A program made the translations under genes and the position numbers. 64,000 nucleotides of DNA from Candidatus Bathyarchaeota archaeon (lineage in GTDB: Archaea; Thermoproteota; Bathyarchaeia; Bathyarchaeales; Bathycorpusculaceae): contig CAWEPZ010000011.1 of NCBI GenBank assembly GCA_963811105.1, positions 576,001-640,000 on the forward strand. The letters run 5' to 3'. Of this stretch, positions 49,642 to 60,119 are shown in pieces; the first letter of the stretch is position 1, and the number at the start of each line of letters is the position of its first letter. The notes beneath the pieces are model-generated. The model saw only the letters and a program-made list of their open reading frames with translations, was not told the origin of the DNA and made no database searches.

Positions 49642-50364
49642 TTATTTTGGCGTTTTTCGATGGCTTCTAAACAGCAGTAAAGCACCAATAACAATCGCCA
49701 AGATTGCAGCGGTTACAATCGCTAAAATATAGGATGCAGGAAAATCAGCTCTATCGTTAATATTTGAATTACTTGCAGTCGCAGAAGATTGAATCGGTTG
49801 AATTGTTGGAGATGGTTCTAATGTTGAAGGAATTGTGTTTACTGTAAAGTTAGTTTTTTCAGAATAAGTATCAATGTAGTAATTCATTTCGATGTTCCAA
49901 GTTCGACTATCATTTTTATCGTAATAACTATTGTAATAACTATCGGAGTGAATGCGTATTTGGAAGCTATGATTTCCTTCAGATAGATTAGTTAAGTCTC
50001 CTTGATAGCTGAAGGGTTCTTTTCCGTATTTTAAATAATCAGCGTAATTGGAAATTGCAACTTCATTGTTGTTGTCGAGTTTGTATAAGATTACCATTAT
50101 TTGACCGTGAACTGGGTCATAGTCAAACCATGATGAAGGTTTTCTTATAGTTAATGAATAATGGATTGTGTCGACATCATAGGTCTTATTATTTATTGGT
50201 TCGCTAATGGTTATCGTTGGCTCATTCTTATCGGGTGTTGTGGGTAGCGGTGCTTGAGGAGAAGGATTTCCAACTGCTAACTCCACTATCGCCATACTAA
50301 TTATGGCTGACATTAGAAAGACTAATGCAACCGCCAAAGGTGTTCTTTTCACAAAGACAACCAA
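49642..50364 (-). CDS. Secreted Ig-like-domain protein with TM anchor
   Basis: PTITISEP.NNKTY, YKLDN, LSEGNHS, TM+RSHRK. Confidence 0.75.
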   Translation of the reverse strand: MVVFVKRTPLAVALVFLMSAIISMAIVELAVGNPSPQAPLPTTPDKNEPTITISEPINNKTYDVDTIHYSLTIRKPSSWFDYDPVHGQIMVILYKLDNNNEVAISNYADYLKYGKEPFSYQGDLTNLSEGNHSFQIRIHSDSYYNSYYDKNDSRTWNIEMNYYIDTYSEKTNFTVNTIPSTLEPSPTIQPIQSSATASNSNINDRADFPASYILAIVTAAILAIVIGALLLFRSHRKTPK

Positions 50365-50401
50365 GTTATTACTGCGTTGAATTTGCTATTTACGTTTTTT
50401 C

Positions 50402-50480
50402 GTCAAAGATTCTTGACTGGGGTTCGTCAAACTTTCTTGACTAAACGCAAACTGTCGGTTAAGTCAAAGTTTTTCTTGAA
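50402..50480. repeat. Class-A double-box site (perfect) plus a third degenerate box
   Basis: GTCAA agattc TTGAC tggggttc GTCAA actttc TTGAC (50402-50441); GTCAA agtttttc TTGAA (50463-50480). Confidence 0.85.
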
Positions 50481-50530
50481 TAGTTTAAGATTAGATTTCT
50501 GGTACGCAGTAAATTCATAATTGAAGTTCA

Positions 50531-51680
50531 TTACGACTGTCGCCCGTGTTTCTTAATGTAAACTGTGCTTCCAACACATATCACAGCTACTGCTGCCGCT
50601 ACGACCGCAATCAATAACATCGATTGAGTGAAGTTACCTGTTGATTCATTTGGTGTGAGTGTGGCGGCGCTGATGCCTTGGTCAGTTAAATTAAAGCTAT
50701 ACACTTCTGATGTGCCAATGTTACCGCCGTTGTCTTTAGCATAAACAATTATTTTATGGCTCCCATAAGCTATATTTGAGATAATAGTTGAATTGCCGTA
50801 AATAGTTTTGTTGGCATTGCCGTCCAGGCTGTAGCCTATCCAAGGTGTAGGCTCGTTAATCTCAATAACTAGCGGTAAATTGATCCAGTTAAAGACATGG
50901 GAAATTATTGTTCGGTTGGCGATTGCGGCGGCGTCAATATGGATGATTGGAGCGTTGTGATCTCTTACGATGAAATCGACGGCTTGAGAAGTATAGAGAT
51001 GTCCCGCACTGTCGTTGCCGTACATTGTTAAAGTGTGGGAGCCTTCTAAAAGGCCGTTAAGAGACAGAGTGGCTAAGCTGGTAATTACTTGGTTATTGTC
51101 CAAACTAAATCCTGCCCAAGAGAGAGGTGTATCGCTTTTGAATTCAAGAAGCATACTAGTTGAATCATAGGTTTTCGGTTTCGGAGACAATCACATGAAT
51201 CGTTGGGGTTGCATCGCCAACTATGAAGTAGTTGGTTACAGAAAAATTGGAAAGTGGTTTGCCGCTAGAGTAATCGGTAAGGTCTGTTTGTCCATAAATA
51301 GATAGTGAGTGAACTCCATCTGATAAATCGGTAATTGCTTTTATCACAGTGGCGACATGACCTGAACTGCCTACTTGAGTATTGAATGTCAAATTAACCC
51401 CTGGATGACCATCCAAGCTGTATTGCATCCAAGTTACTTTTTCGGCTGCCGTAAAAAAATGGCTGTTGGTCACGACTTTCACGTTCATGTAGATAGTTGA
51501 CTCATTATATACCTTGTTCATAGCTGGAACGGAGACTGACACTTTCGGTGCCAATTGATAAAGTTCAAAATTGGCTGATGCAAACTCAACCAAGGGAAAG
51601 GACAGCAATGGAGTTAGAAGCATTAGCAGGCAAAATAGCGTTAAAGCCTTCTTATCCAGAAATACACCGTTCGCTGGCAA
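50531..51680 (-). pseudogene. Secreted protein with three Ig-like domains, frameshifted near 51190
   Basis: ORFs 51165-51680 and 50531-51190 join as PTIHV/LSPKPKTY; YSLDG and G.H repeats in both. Confidence 0.75.
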
Positions 51681-51737
51681 TTTTCATAGCCTCTTCTAAC
51701 AAAGTTATTTGCAATCGATTTTCTTAAAAGGTTTTCA

Positions 51738-51777
51738 GTAAAACAATCTTGACTGGGTTTAGTCAAAGTTTCTTTAT
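51738..51777. repeat. Class-A double-box site with an adjacent 3' gene remnant
   Basis: GTAAA acaatc TTGAC tgggttta GTCAA agtttc TTTAT; minus strand ILLFRKRK* (51774-51800) stops inside the box. Confidence 0.8.
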
Positions 51778-51802
51778 TTGCGCTTTCTAAACAGCAAAAT
51801 AT

Positions 51803-52084
51803 TACCGAGTTAGCAGATTAGTCTTGTTACTCGACTATCAGGGAATCGGCGTTAGCAAAAGGCTCCTAAACTTTATTGCTGAACTTTACTCTTATCAAAC
51901 TATAATGCCCTTCTATATTCTGTCGAGCAATCCTCAAATTATCCATAGAAACCTTGGTAATTGGAAAATAATGAGTTCTGGTCATGCAAGCAAAGGAAAG
52001 AATGACTCTAGAATAAACAATAGATTGCATTGCAGTTTAAACCGAAGACGAATAACCGTTTCGATGCGATACAAAGAAAAGTAA
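51803..52084 (+). pseudogene. GNAT-like acetyltransferase C-terminal fragment
   Basis: YRVSRLVLLLDYQGIGVSKRLL acetyl-CoA motif A, no N-terminus. Confidence 0.5.
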
Positions 52085-52381
52085 ATTTCATTGTCTCTTA
52101 GACCCTTTGGAGATTAAATTTTGATCTCCTCCGACGACGACGCTGGTGACTGCCCCTGCCTATTACTGATTACATTATTCCTTGATTATTAGGTATGAGA
52201 CGGTTACAAAGAAGGATTTACTGAGGCTGCGGTAAAATCTAAAAGGGAAAAGAATCTAATTTTAAAATAACGCTAATTTTTTTGTGACCTACTACCTTAT
52301 CAGTCCCTTGTTTAACGCCTTTCAATCGATTGTTTAGCCTAAAAAAGGAGAGATTGAGGTTGGTTTGGTTTCGTTTGGTAT

Positions 52382-54681
52382 TTACCGTTTTCTGAGTATT
52401 AGGATAGCTGAAGCAACTGAGATTACAACTACAATTGCTATTCCGATTGCTGCGGCTATGATTGTCATGGTATAATCGGGTATCACAACTTCTGCTTGAG
52501 TCGCGGATGCTTGAGGTGATCCAACTGAGGCGTAGGTTGTTGCGAATGAGCGACCATATGAGTCGTCGCCCTTGAAAGATGCTGTAATAGCATATTGCCC
52601 GTCGATTGTTGGCGTCCATGTGAAGCCGAAAGTACCAGTGTATCCATCGGTAGTTGTGTCGCCGATATGTATGTAGTTGCCGTTTGGATCAACAGCGTCA
52701 ATGGATATTGGAACCCCTATTATTGTCGTATTATGGTTTATACCGTCAATCGGGAGTTGCATGTGTAGATATTCCATTTGTGTAGACATTGAGTCTTTGG
52801 ATACGCACGGCGTTCCCGGTTGAGCAGGCGAAGTGTCGAGCACAGCGCCCCTTATCATAATGCCACTTCCTTGCGAAACGACAACGTCAGGTGCTGTCAC
52901 GGTAGTAGTGCTTATGCCTTTGCCAATCACGTACATCATTCCATCGTACATATCTGCAGCTGCTAGATAACCGTCAGCGATCGCCCAAGGAGTCATGCGT
53001 CCGGTGATGTTCCATATTCCCTCGCCAGTGGTAGCGTTGATAGCGTGAAGCTTATACCCTCTCGGTATAGGCTCGCTGATTGAGTGCTCATCATTGTAGC
53101 AGTAATAAACTCCATCCGCAACGTATGGTTGAGTGCCACTGCTTCCAGGGCTAGTATAAAATGGAAGGAACTCTTCACCTGTTTTAGAATCTGCATAAAC
53201 CGATTCGTATGGGAAGTCAGGTACGTATTTGTATCGCCAGGATATCTTGCCGTTGTCCCAGTTGTAAGCGGCGACTCCATCATATTGGTTTGAGATTATG
53301 TTTCCGCCGTATGATATTACGTTGTAGCATCCGAATGTTCCCCAGGGCCAACTTGAAAGCTCGCTAACCCACAGTTCTTTGCCAGTTTGCAGATCCCAGC
53401 AGTGCCAGTGGCCATCATTCAATCGTACCGCGAATTTTCCATGGTCAGCGCATGCAGTGCTTCCACTGAACAAACCACCGAGTCCAGTACTTGCGTCGGT
53501 TGATGTATTCCAAAGCAGCCTTCCTGTGTATATATTGGCACCCATTATCAAATTGCCATAAGTGACTCCTACGCTGGCAGTTGAGATTCCTTGAGTGACC
53601 ACGGCTACGCCTGCTTCGTAATCAACAACCCCTAAGCTACTGAATGGCCAAGTAACGTTGTTGCACACGTCAAGCACGAAATTCCCCACACCGAACCCTG
53701 ATATGTTTGTTCCCTTTATCGTCCAATTGATTAAACGGTAACGCTGATCAGCCGGAACGCTATTGCCAAGGTTCTGCACTGATAAGAAGTAGGGCCAATC
53801 GTAAGAAGCATAGTAAGTGCCTGTCGTCAACGGAGAAATTGAACAGTTAATTTTAACAAGGCCACAAAAGGATTGTATTGTTATTAGCCGTCCGCCGCCT
53901 ACGTACATAAGGTCAACTCTCATGCCTAAAGTGCTTGCTGCTTCACCTTGTACGATGTTAAGCTCTCTCTCGCTGTACAGAATCATGGTAGGCACTTGAG
54001 TGATATTTGTCTTTTCCCAGTAAATCTCACCTGTTCGCAAGTCATAGCATTGCCAAACGCTCTGAGTTACTCCATCGTAAACCTTAGTAACACTTTGATA
54101 ACATCGTCCCATAAAGATAATTGATGGACCGGAAACAAAGCTATTCAATGGTAATGTGTAATTGGTTTCTCCATGACCTATATTCTCTTTGCCATATTGC
54201 TCTTTGGGTAAAGGTCTTTATCGTTGGAGTGGACAGCCCGCAGTTTGGTACAATCAACGGTAACTTGTCGTGCCCCATAGAGTCTGAGATCTTTTATAGT
54301 AAACTATTCAACCCATGCTGTTCCGTCTCCTTGATAAGTGCTTATTGGACCAATCGATTCAGTTGTTCCGTCTGGTTTTGTGAAAGTCAATGTTAATCCT
54401 GTAATCAAGTGGCCTACATTAATTGGAGGCTGCATCCACATGTTAACCAGCAAGTATTGGTTGATTCCAATGGGGTTTGGTCTGAATGACATGTGAGCGA
54501 TGGTTTCATATGTCAAGTCAGGGGTAACGCCTGCAGGTAGAGGTATCGACCCAAAACCTCGTTGATTTGTATATTGAGCTTGTGCGGGAACAGAAAACAT
54601 TATGATGGAAGAAGCCATTAAAAATGCGAATAAGATTGCAATAGTTTTTTTTGCCATATTTGCGTTATTTTTCATCTGCAT
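52382..54681 (-). pseudogene. PQQ-like beta-propeller paralog 4, broken by internal deletion/replacement
   Basis: N-part ends GDGTAWVE* at 54304; C-part resumes ~54180; the PLPTDYWTRP/AHILW segment is missing. Confidence 0.8.
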
Positions 54682-55257
54682 TTTTCTATTCTCCTTAAAT
54701 TTTTTAGAAAGAGCTTAGCGGAAAAAGCGCTCCGCTTTCAACGATAAGCCCTTTCCTCAATTGACGTATTGTTGCTAACAATTTATAAAACCAAGTGGAA
54801 AGTAACCACTGACGACAACTGTATTGGCAAGCGAACTAAAACTCTTCCTAAAACAGAAGGCAGCGGTATAAATGTCACTGACAAGTTACACATCTTTTGG
54901 ACGGCGCCATTTCAGTTACGCATTTGTTCTGCCACTTCTCAGTAGATTAAATTTTTCGGCATGTAGAAAAGTCGGATAAAATTTTCTCATAGAACCTATT
55001 TATGCAAAATTCGAGTCTTCATGGATCATATGCTGTGTCTAAGGATTTTTGTGCTGTGGTTTGGCAGGGTGATTTCGTCATACCGAAACATTTTATCGGG
55101 CACATTTCCATTAATTAATTTTGGAAAATGTCTCTTAGACTTCACGGCAACGCTACGTTTCCTGAACCCAAGTTCCATTCTACATCCAAACAAGCAACCT
55201 ACAAATCATTCGAGGAAACATGAAGAACTGGAAAATAACCCGCTTTGGACATGCCAA

Positions 55258-55336
55258 CAAAGGGCAAGATAAGCAAGAATAAATAATGAAATAAGACAGA
55301 GTCTTAGCCGGAAAATGAATAACATTTCTATGCAGT
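55258..55336. repeat. ~80-bp direct repeat, copy 1 (copy 2 at 58311-58391)
   Basis: Shared CAAGAATAAA, GAAATAAGA, identical AGTCTTAGCCGGAAA, GAATAAC, TTTCTATGCA. Confidence 0.7.
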
Positions 55337-55538
55337 ACACAGGAAAGAGATAATATCATGATTTACACGTCAATTTTTTTACTCTTTCGCTTAAGCTAAG
55401 CGGGTTCAGAAACCTGGCTAGTCGAAATCGAGAAACTTGCAAGAAAAGTCTTTCATCACAAATACATCACGCATAGGAAATGTACTTGCAGTAATATTTA
55501 TCAAAAAAAAGAAAAAAGAATTATTGTTTTTTGTATTT

Positions 55539-58193
55539 TTATGGTCGTTTTTTTAGTAATAATGCGCCGACTATAGCTATTGCAATTATGATGGCAATTA
55601 CTCCTAAGACCATGTAAGTCATTAGGTCTGATGTCGTAGCAGCGTTTATTGGAGCAGAGGTTGCTGTCGGAGTTGCCTGAGGTGCGTTGACTACTAATGC
55701 TGCTGCTTGAGCATAAGAACTTCCGTATGAATCATCGCCTGCAAAGGTAGCGGTTATCTTGTATGAGCCTGCAACGGTTGGAGCCCAGACGTAGCTGAAT
55801 GTTCCGCTCATGTCGCTGGTAACTGTTGCAATGTGGACAAGGTTGTTGTTGGGGTCAACTGCGTCGATTGAAACTGGTACACCTGTAACATTAGCTGGCA
55901 CTTGATACTGAGCATGCAGGTGATCCATCCATGCGCTCATCGATTGTGCTGAAACGCATGCTGTGCCTGGCTGCCCTGGTGATTGGTCTAAGACTGTGCC
56001 TGATATTATCGCGCTTTCACCTGTGGTGATTTGTGTTTGTGGCACTGAAACTGTGGTTGCGCTTTGTCCTTTGCCGAACACATACATTGTCGCATCATAT
56101 TCGCTTCCGAATACTAGATAGCCTTCCGCAATAGCGCCTGTGAATGCTCTGGACTGGTCAACTTGAGAGGCTGAGTAGTTCCATATTTGCTCGCCTGTGG
56201 TCATGTTGACACAGTATAGGTTTAAGCCTCTTGTCAATGGTTCACTGGGTGTGTGTTCTGCAGATGAAACGTAGAGTTTTCCGTCAGCAATCTGAACACC
56301 AACGTGAAATGCGTATTCTGTGCCGTTCATGTCAGTTTGGTATGGAGTTTCAAACTCGTATGGTGTATATGCATGGAAGTGCCATTCAATATTGCCATTG
56401 GCTTCGTTAATGCCATAGACACCATCATAAGCACCGCTGATGTAGATGCCGTAGCCTGTTGCAACATGGTATGCGCCGAATTCACCCCATGGATAAGACA
56501 GCTGAGTACTCCACTTAAGTTTTCCAGTGTTCAAGTCCCAAGCCATTATATCGCCTTCAAGCCCTCTGGCAATGAATACTCCGTTGTCAGCAACGCATTC
56601 AACAGTGCTGAAAAATGATTCGCTACCGTCACCCTTTTGTAGAGTTGTCACATTCCACAACACCTGTCCAGTTGTGAGACTAATACCTGTCATGAATTGT
56701 CCGATTGTAACTCCAGTGCCGCTTACACCCGATGGGTTTATTGAACCAACGTAGACCGCTACACCTGTAGTAAAGTCAGTTGTGGTTGGCAATGAACTAA
56801 TCGGCCATGTTATGTTTCCTGCAATTCTTTGCTGTAAGGTATTAGCGGTAGTTACGGTTGTACCAGTTGACACTTGGACCCCAGCATCGTTTGTTGTCCA
56901 GTTGATTAATCTGTATCTGTTTGCGCCTGCTGCCGCACCTAGATCCTGAACACTTAATTCGTATTCGTCCGAATAGTATGTACCAGTCGTTAATGGAGCG
57001 ATTGAAGCGTTAATAAGGGTAGAACCGGTGAATGGGTCATATTTGAGCAGTCTTTGGCTGCCAACATATACTAGTGTTACGCCTAAGCCTCGCATCATGG
57101 CTTCTTCGCCAGCTACTGCTTGAGAAGCTCTTTTTGTGTAGCTAACGAATGTTGGTGCTTGAGTTACACTGAAGTTTGCAGAATTTGTTTTATCCCAGTA
57201 TATCTGACCTGTGCGTAAGTCATAGCATTCCCAAACGTCTTGTGTTATACCGTTTACTACTTTTGTAAGTGTTTGATAGCATCTTCCGTTGTAGATTATT
57301 TGTGGATAGAGCCAACTACCTGCTGTTGGACTTGGGGTAGCGTCTGGTCTAGCTGTGATGTCTCCGAGTTGTCCGCCGATTAAGCCGCCAACGCCGACTA
57401 CTCTTGACCATAGAATGTGTGCAGTGTTAGGCGCTTGAACGTATGGTACGAAATTGCTTGTTGCACTCCAGGTTTTTGAAGTGTTTGGATATAGTGAATC
57501 CCATGTGATTCCTTGGGTATAGCTTGGGTCAACTGGTGAATAGCCAGTTGGTGGGTAGCATCCAAGTATGGTCCACCATTCCCTGTTGTTAGGCGACACT
57601 GGTCTGGTCCAGTAGTCGGTTGGCAATGGTGTCGGTGGCCATGAAGCTACTAGGTCTTGTTGGACGACCATTTTTAGTGGTGGTGAAGATGAGGGGCTGT
57701 AGTAGGCTGAATTTAGGTTCTGTCCTGAAGAGTTAGTAACAATGTAACCGCTAAAGTATTGTGCTGCTGGAAAGTACTCGCCTATGAAGTTGAATTGTAC
57801 GGTGTAGTTGCCTACCTGGTCTGGCACATAAGTTGTCCATGCTGTTGCGTCGCCGGCGTATGATGATAGAGACAATTTGTCTTGGGATCCGTCTGGCTTG
57901 GTGATAACGATCTGATAGGAACCTATGTATTGTCTGTTGATGTTGATTGGAGGCTGAGTCCACATGTTTATCAGCAGTGGCTGGTTTACGCCTATCGGGT
58001 TGGGTGAAACGCTCAGGTATGAAACGGTTGAGATTGTGATGCTTGGGGTAACACCTGATGGCAGTGCTCCAGCGGTTGGTTGGGTTGCGGCAAGTTGAGC
58101 TTTAGTAGGTGCAGCAATCATTGCAATTGACGAAATCATTAGTATTGCTAAGAATATCGCTAATATTTGCTCTTTATGTGTAGAATAATTCAT
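55539..58193 (-). CDS. Secreted PQQ-like beta-propeller protein (paralog 5)
   Basis: Same motif set; AGGAG RBS; TTTTATAA box ~58242-58250. Confidence 0.8.
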   Translation of the reverse strand: MNYSTHKEQILAIFLAILMISSIAMIAAPTKAQLAATQPTAGALPSGVTPSITISTVSYLSVSPNPIGVNQPLLINMWTQPPININRQYIGSYQIVITKPDGSQDKLSLSSYAGDATAWTTYVPDQVGNYTVQFNFIGEYFPAAQYFSGYIVTNSSGQNLNSAYYSPSSSPPLKMVVQQDLVASWPPTPLPTDYWTRPVSPNNREWWTILGCYPPTGYSPVDPSYTQGITWDSLYPNTSKTWSATSNFVPYVQAPNTAHILWSRVVGVGGLIGGQLGDITARPDATPSPTAGSWLYPQIIYNGRCYQTLTKVVNGITQDVWECYDLRTGQIYWDKTNSANFSVTQAPTFVSYTKRASQAVAGEEAMMRGLGVTLVYVGSQRLLKYDPFTGSTLINASIAPLTTGTYYSDEYELSVQDLGAAAGANRYRLINWTTNDAGVQVSTGTTVTTANTLQQRIAGNITWPISSLPTTTDFTTGVAVYVGSINPSGVSGTGVTIGQFMTGISLTTGQVLWNVTTLQKGDGSESFFSTVECVADNGVFIARGLEGDIMAWDLNTGKLKWSTQLSYPWGEFGAYHVATGYGIYISGAYDGVYGINEANGNIEWHFHAYTPYEFETPYQTDMNGTEYAFHVGVQIADGKLYVSSAEHTPSEPLTRGLNLYCVNMTTGEQIWNYSASQVDQSRAFTGAIAEGYLVFGSEYDATMYVFGKGQSATTVSVPQTQITTGESAIISGTVLDQSPGQPGTACVSAQSMSAWMDHLHAQYQVPANVTGVPVSIDAVDPNNNLVHIATVTSDMSGTFSYVWAPTVAGSYKITATFAGDDSYGSSYAQAAALVVNAPQATPTATSAPINAATTSDLMTYMVLGVIAIIIAIAIVGALLLKKRP

Positions 58194-58310
58194 TTTTGTT
58201 CTTCTCCTAAATTTTTATGAACAATCCCTTCGTGCGATTAGTTATAAAACTTTCGAATAATTTTCATTACGCACAGAAAATTGGCAAGTCGACAGGTTTG
58301 GGTATGCAAG

Positions 58311-58391
58311 CAAAGGGAGAGATAATACAAGAATAAACTCAGAAATAAGAAGCAGTCTTAGCCGGAAACGAATAACTGTTTCTATGCAATA
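58311..58391. repeat. ~80-bp direct repeat, copy 2
   Basis: See 55258-55336. Confidence 0.7.
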
Positions 58392-58508
58392 TTTAGAACA
58401 ATAAACAACATCTTTTCTCAAGCCTTTGTATAAATTAAGCCCTCAAATTCACGGTAGCCATGCACACTGAACCAAAATGTTAAGCGCGTGCCAAAGCGAA
58501 AATTGTAC

Positions 58509-59921
58509 TTAGTTTATTTCTTTTTGTTTCTTGTTTAAACCTAGCGAGTATTTTGCTGCAACTACCAGTATAGTGCCAAATATGGCTACTATTACGATTA
58601 GTATTATTTCGCTTCCTGGTTGTTGGGTTCCTTTGAGTTCTGTTGCGGGTGCATTTGCGTCTATGTGCATGCTTATTTGATGGGTGCTGTGCGAATAATT
58701 GAATGTGAATACCCAAGAATCATCTGTTGAAGTTACTGTGTAATTGAGTTGTTTTCCGTCAATGTATGCTTGTAAGCCGTTACCGTTTGGAAGTAAACTC
58801 TTGGCTATTGTAGCTTTAACGAAACCTGTCGTTCCAGATGGACCTGTTACGTTAAAACTCAAAGTGGCTGTCTCATTGTTGAAAGCCAAAGCGTTAACGG
58901 TGCTGTTTGATTCGATAACCAAAGTATTTTTGTTTTCAATGGGCAAGAAGTTTAAAGTGGTAGTATTGCTTGCGTAAGTGTTTGTTGAGTCTCCGCTCCA
59001 CTCCGTCTTAAGTGTGAATGAGCCTGAGGCACTGTTTATCCACTGGATATTGTACGTGCCTTCGTCGTTTGTTAGTCCCGAACTTATGGGTATCCAAGTT
59101 TTTGCTCCTGGAAAAGTGTAGGATAAGACAACTGTTTTATTCTGCAATGGAACCCTGCTAGAATCCGATAACGTACCGAAAATGTTTACTGCTGAACCAG
59201 CGGTTGTTGACAAAGACTCGGTGGAGATTGAAAGGATTGCAGGGTTATTAAAAGGGTCTTGGATGTTTCGGAATGAATAGTCAGCTGGTGAATTGCCCCA
59301 TACGCCTAATCCTATGTATTTAATGTCTTCGAATGTGAAATTGGCTATTTCGGACGTTGAAAGTGACCCTATTGATGTGCCATTTTCGTCAAGTACAGTT
59401 GTTGTGATAGCAAAAGGAGATGATGCAACACTTAATTTCATCGTGTACCAAACGTGCGGTTCTCCGAAAGCAACTTCGCTTGCCATCCAGTCGCTCCAAT
59501 TCCTCGCCAACTGAAAAACGCTCTCACCATAGTATCCATATTCAAAGTTAAATCCAAGAGTACTTCCTGCAATCGGCAGGCTGCTTCTAACGAATACTCC
59601 ACAGCTTTCAGGCGTCTCAGCGTTCACTTGAAAAGAAAACGTGAAATCACTGCTAGGTTTAATTTCCTTATAAAAAGATATTGCAGGACTAACACTACCG
59701 CCGTTGCTCCATAACCTCAAAGTACCGTTTGATTCAGCATAGTAGCCGCCTTTGTCTTCAACTTGCCACCCTACAAGCGAGGTTGGGGCTGCCTGACTCT
59801 CGCAGCGGCTTAGTTGACTAAACGTCAAGACCAAAAGGCTGATTAGGAGCAACATGGGGATTAGCTTTTTCCACACAGACACTCGACCTTTAATGAGGCT
59901 AACAAGATTGTCACTTGTCAC
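58509..59921 (-). CDS. Secreted protein: lectin/concanavalin-like N-domain + shared Ig/C-terminal module + TM (true start probably ~59876)
   Basis: WYTMKL.V beta-sandwich; IESNSTVNALAFN...LSFNVTGPSGTTGF...YSHSTH. Confidence 0.7.
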   Translation of the reverse strand: MTSDNLVSLIKGRVSVWKKLIPMLLLISLLVLTFSQLSRCESQAAPTSLVGWQVEDKGGYYAESNGTLRLWSNGGSVSPAISFYKEIKPSSDFTFSFQVNAETPESCGVFVRSSLPIAGSTLGFNFEYGYYGESVFQLARNWSDWMASEVAFGEPHVWYTMKLSVASSPFAITTTVLDENGTSIGSLSTSEIANFTFEDIKYIGLGVWGNSPADYSFRNIQDPFNNPAILSISTESLSTTAGSAVNIFGTLSDSSRVPLQNKTVVLSYTFPGAKTWIPISSGLTNDEGTYNIQWINSASGSFTLKTEWSGDSTNTYASNTTTLNFLPIENKNTLVIESNSTVNALAFNNETATLSFNVTGPSGTTGFVKATIAKSLLPNGNGLQAYIDGKQLNYTVTSTDDSWVFTFNYSHSTHQISMHIDANAPATELKGTQQPGSEIILIVIVAIFGTILVVAAKYSLGLNKKQKEIN

Positions 59922-59961
59922 TTAAAATATGAAGATTTGTTTTAAAGATAAAAGAGTTTTC

Positions 59962-60019
59962 GTCAACATTATTTGACTAACAGTTTCTTTTTAGCGTTTT
60001 TTAGTCAAGAAACTTTGAC
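59962..60019. repeat. Rearranged class-A/B junction: two boxes, one inverted
   Basis: GTCAA cattat TTGAC-N26-GTCAA gaaact TTGAC; reverse complement of 59962-59996 resembles 49604-49637. Confidence 0.8.
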
Positions 60020-60119
60020 TAAAATCAAAGCAAGAGTCCACGCTACTTTAGCCCAGAAAAGGTAGTTCGGTTCTATTGCTTTCCAATTTGCCTTAATCCA
60101 CCCTTTTATTAGTTGAACA

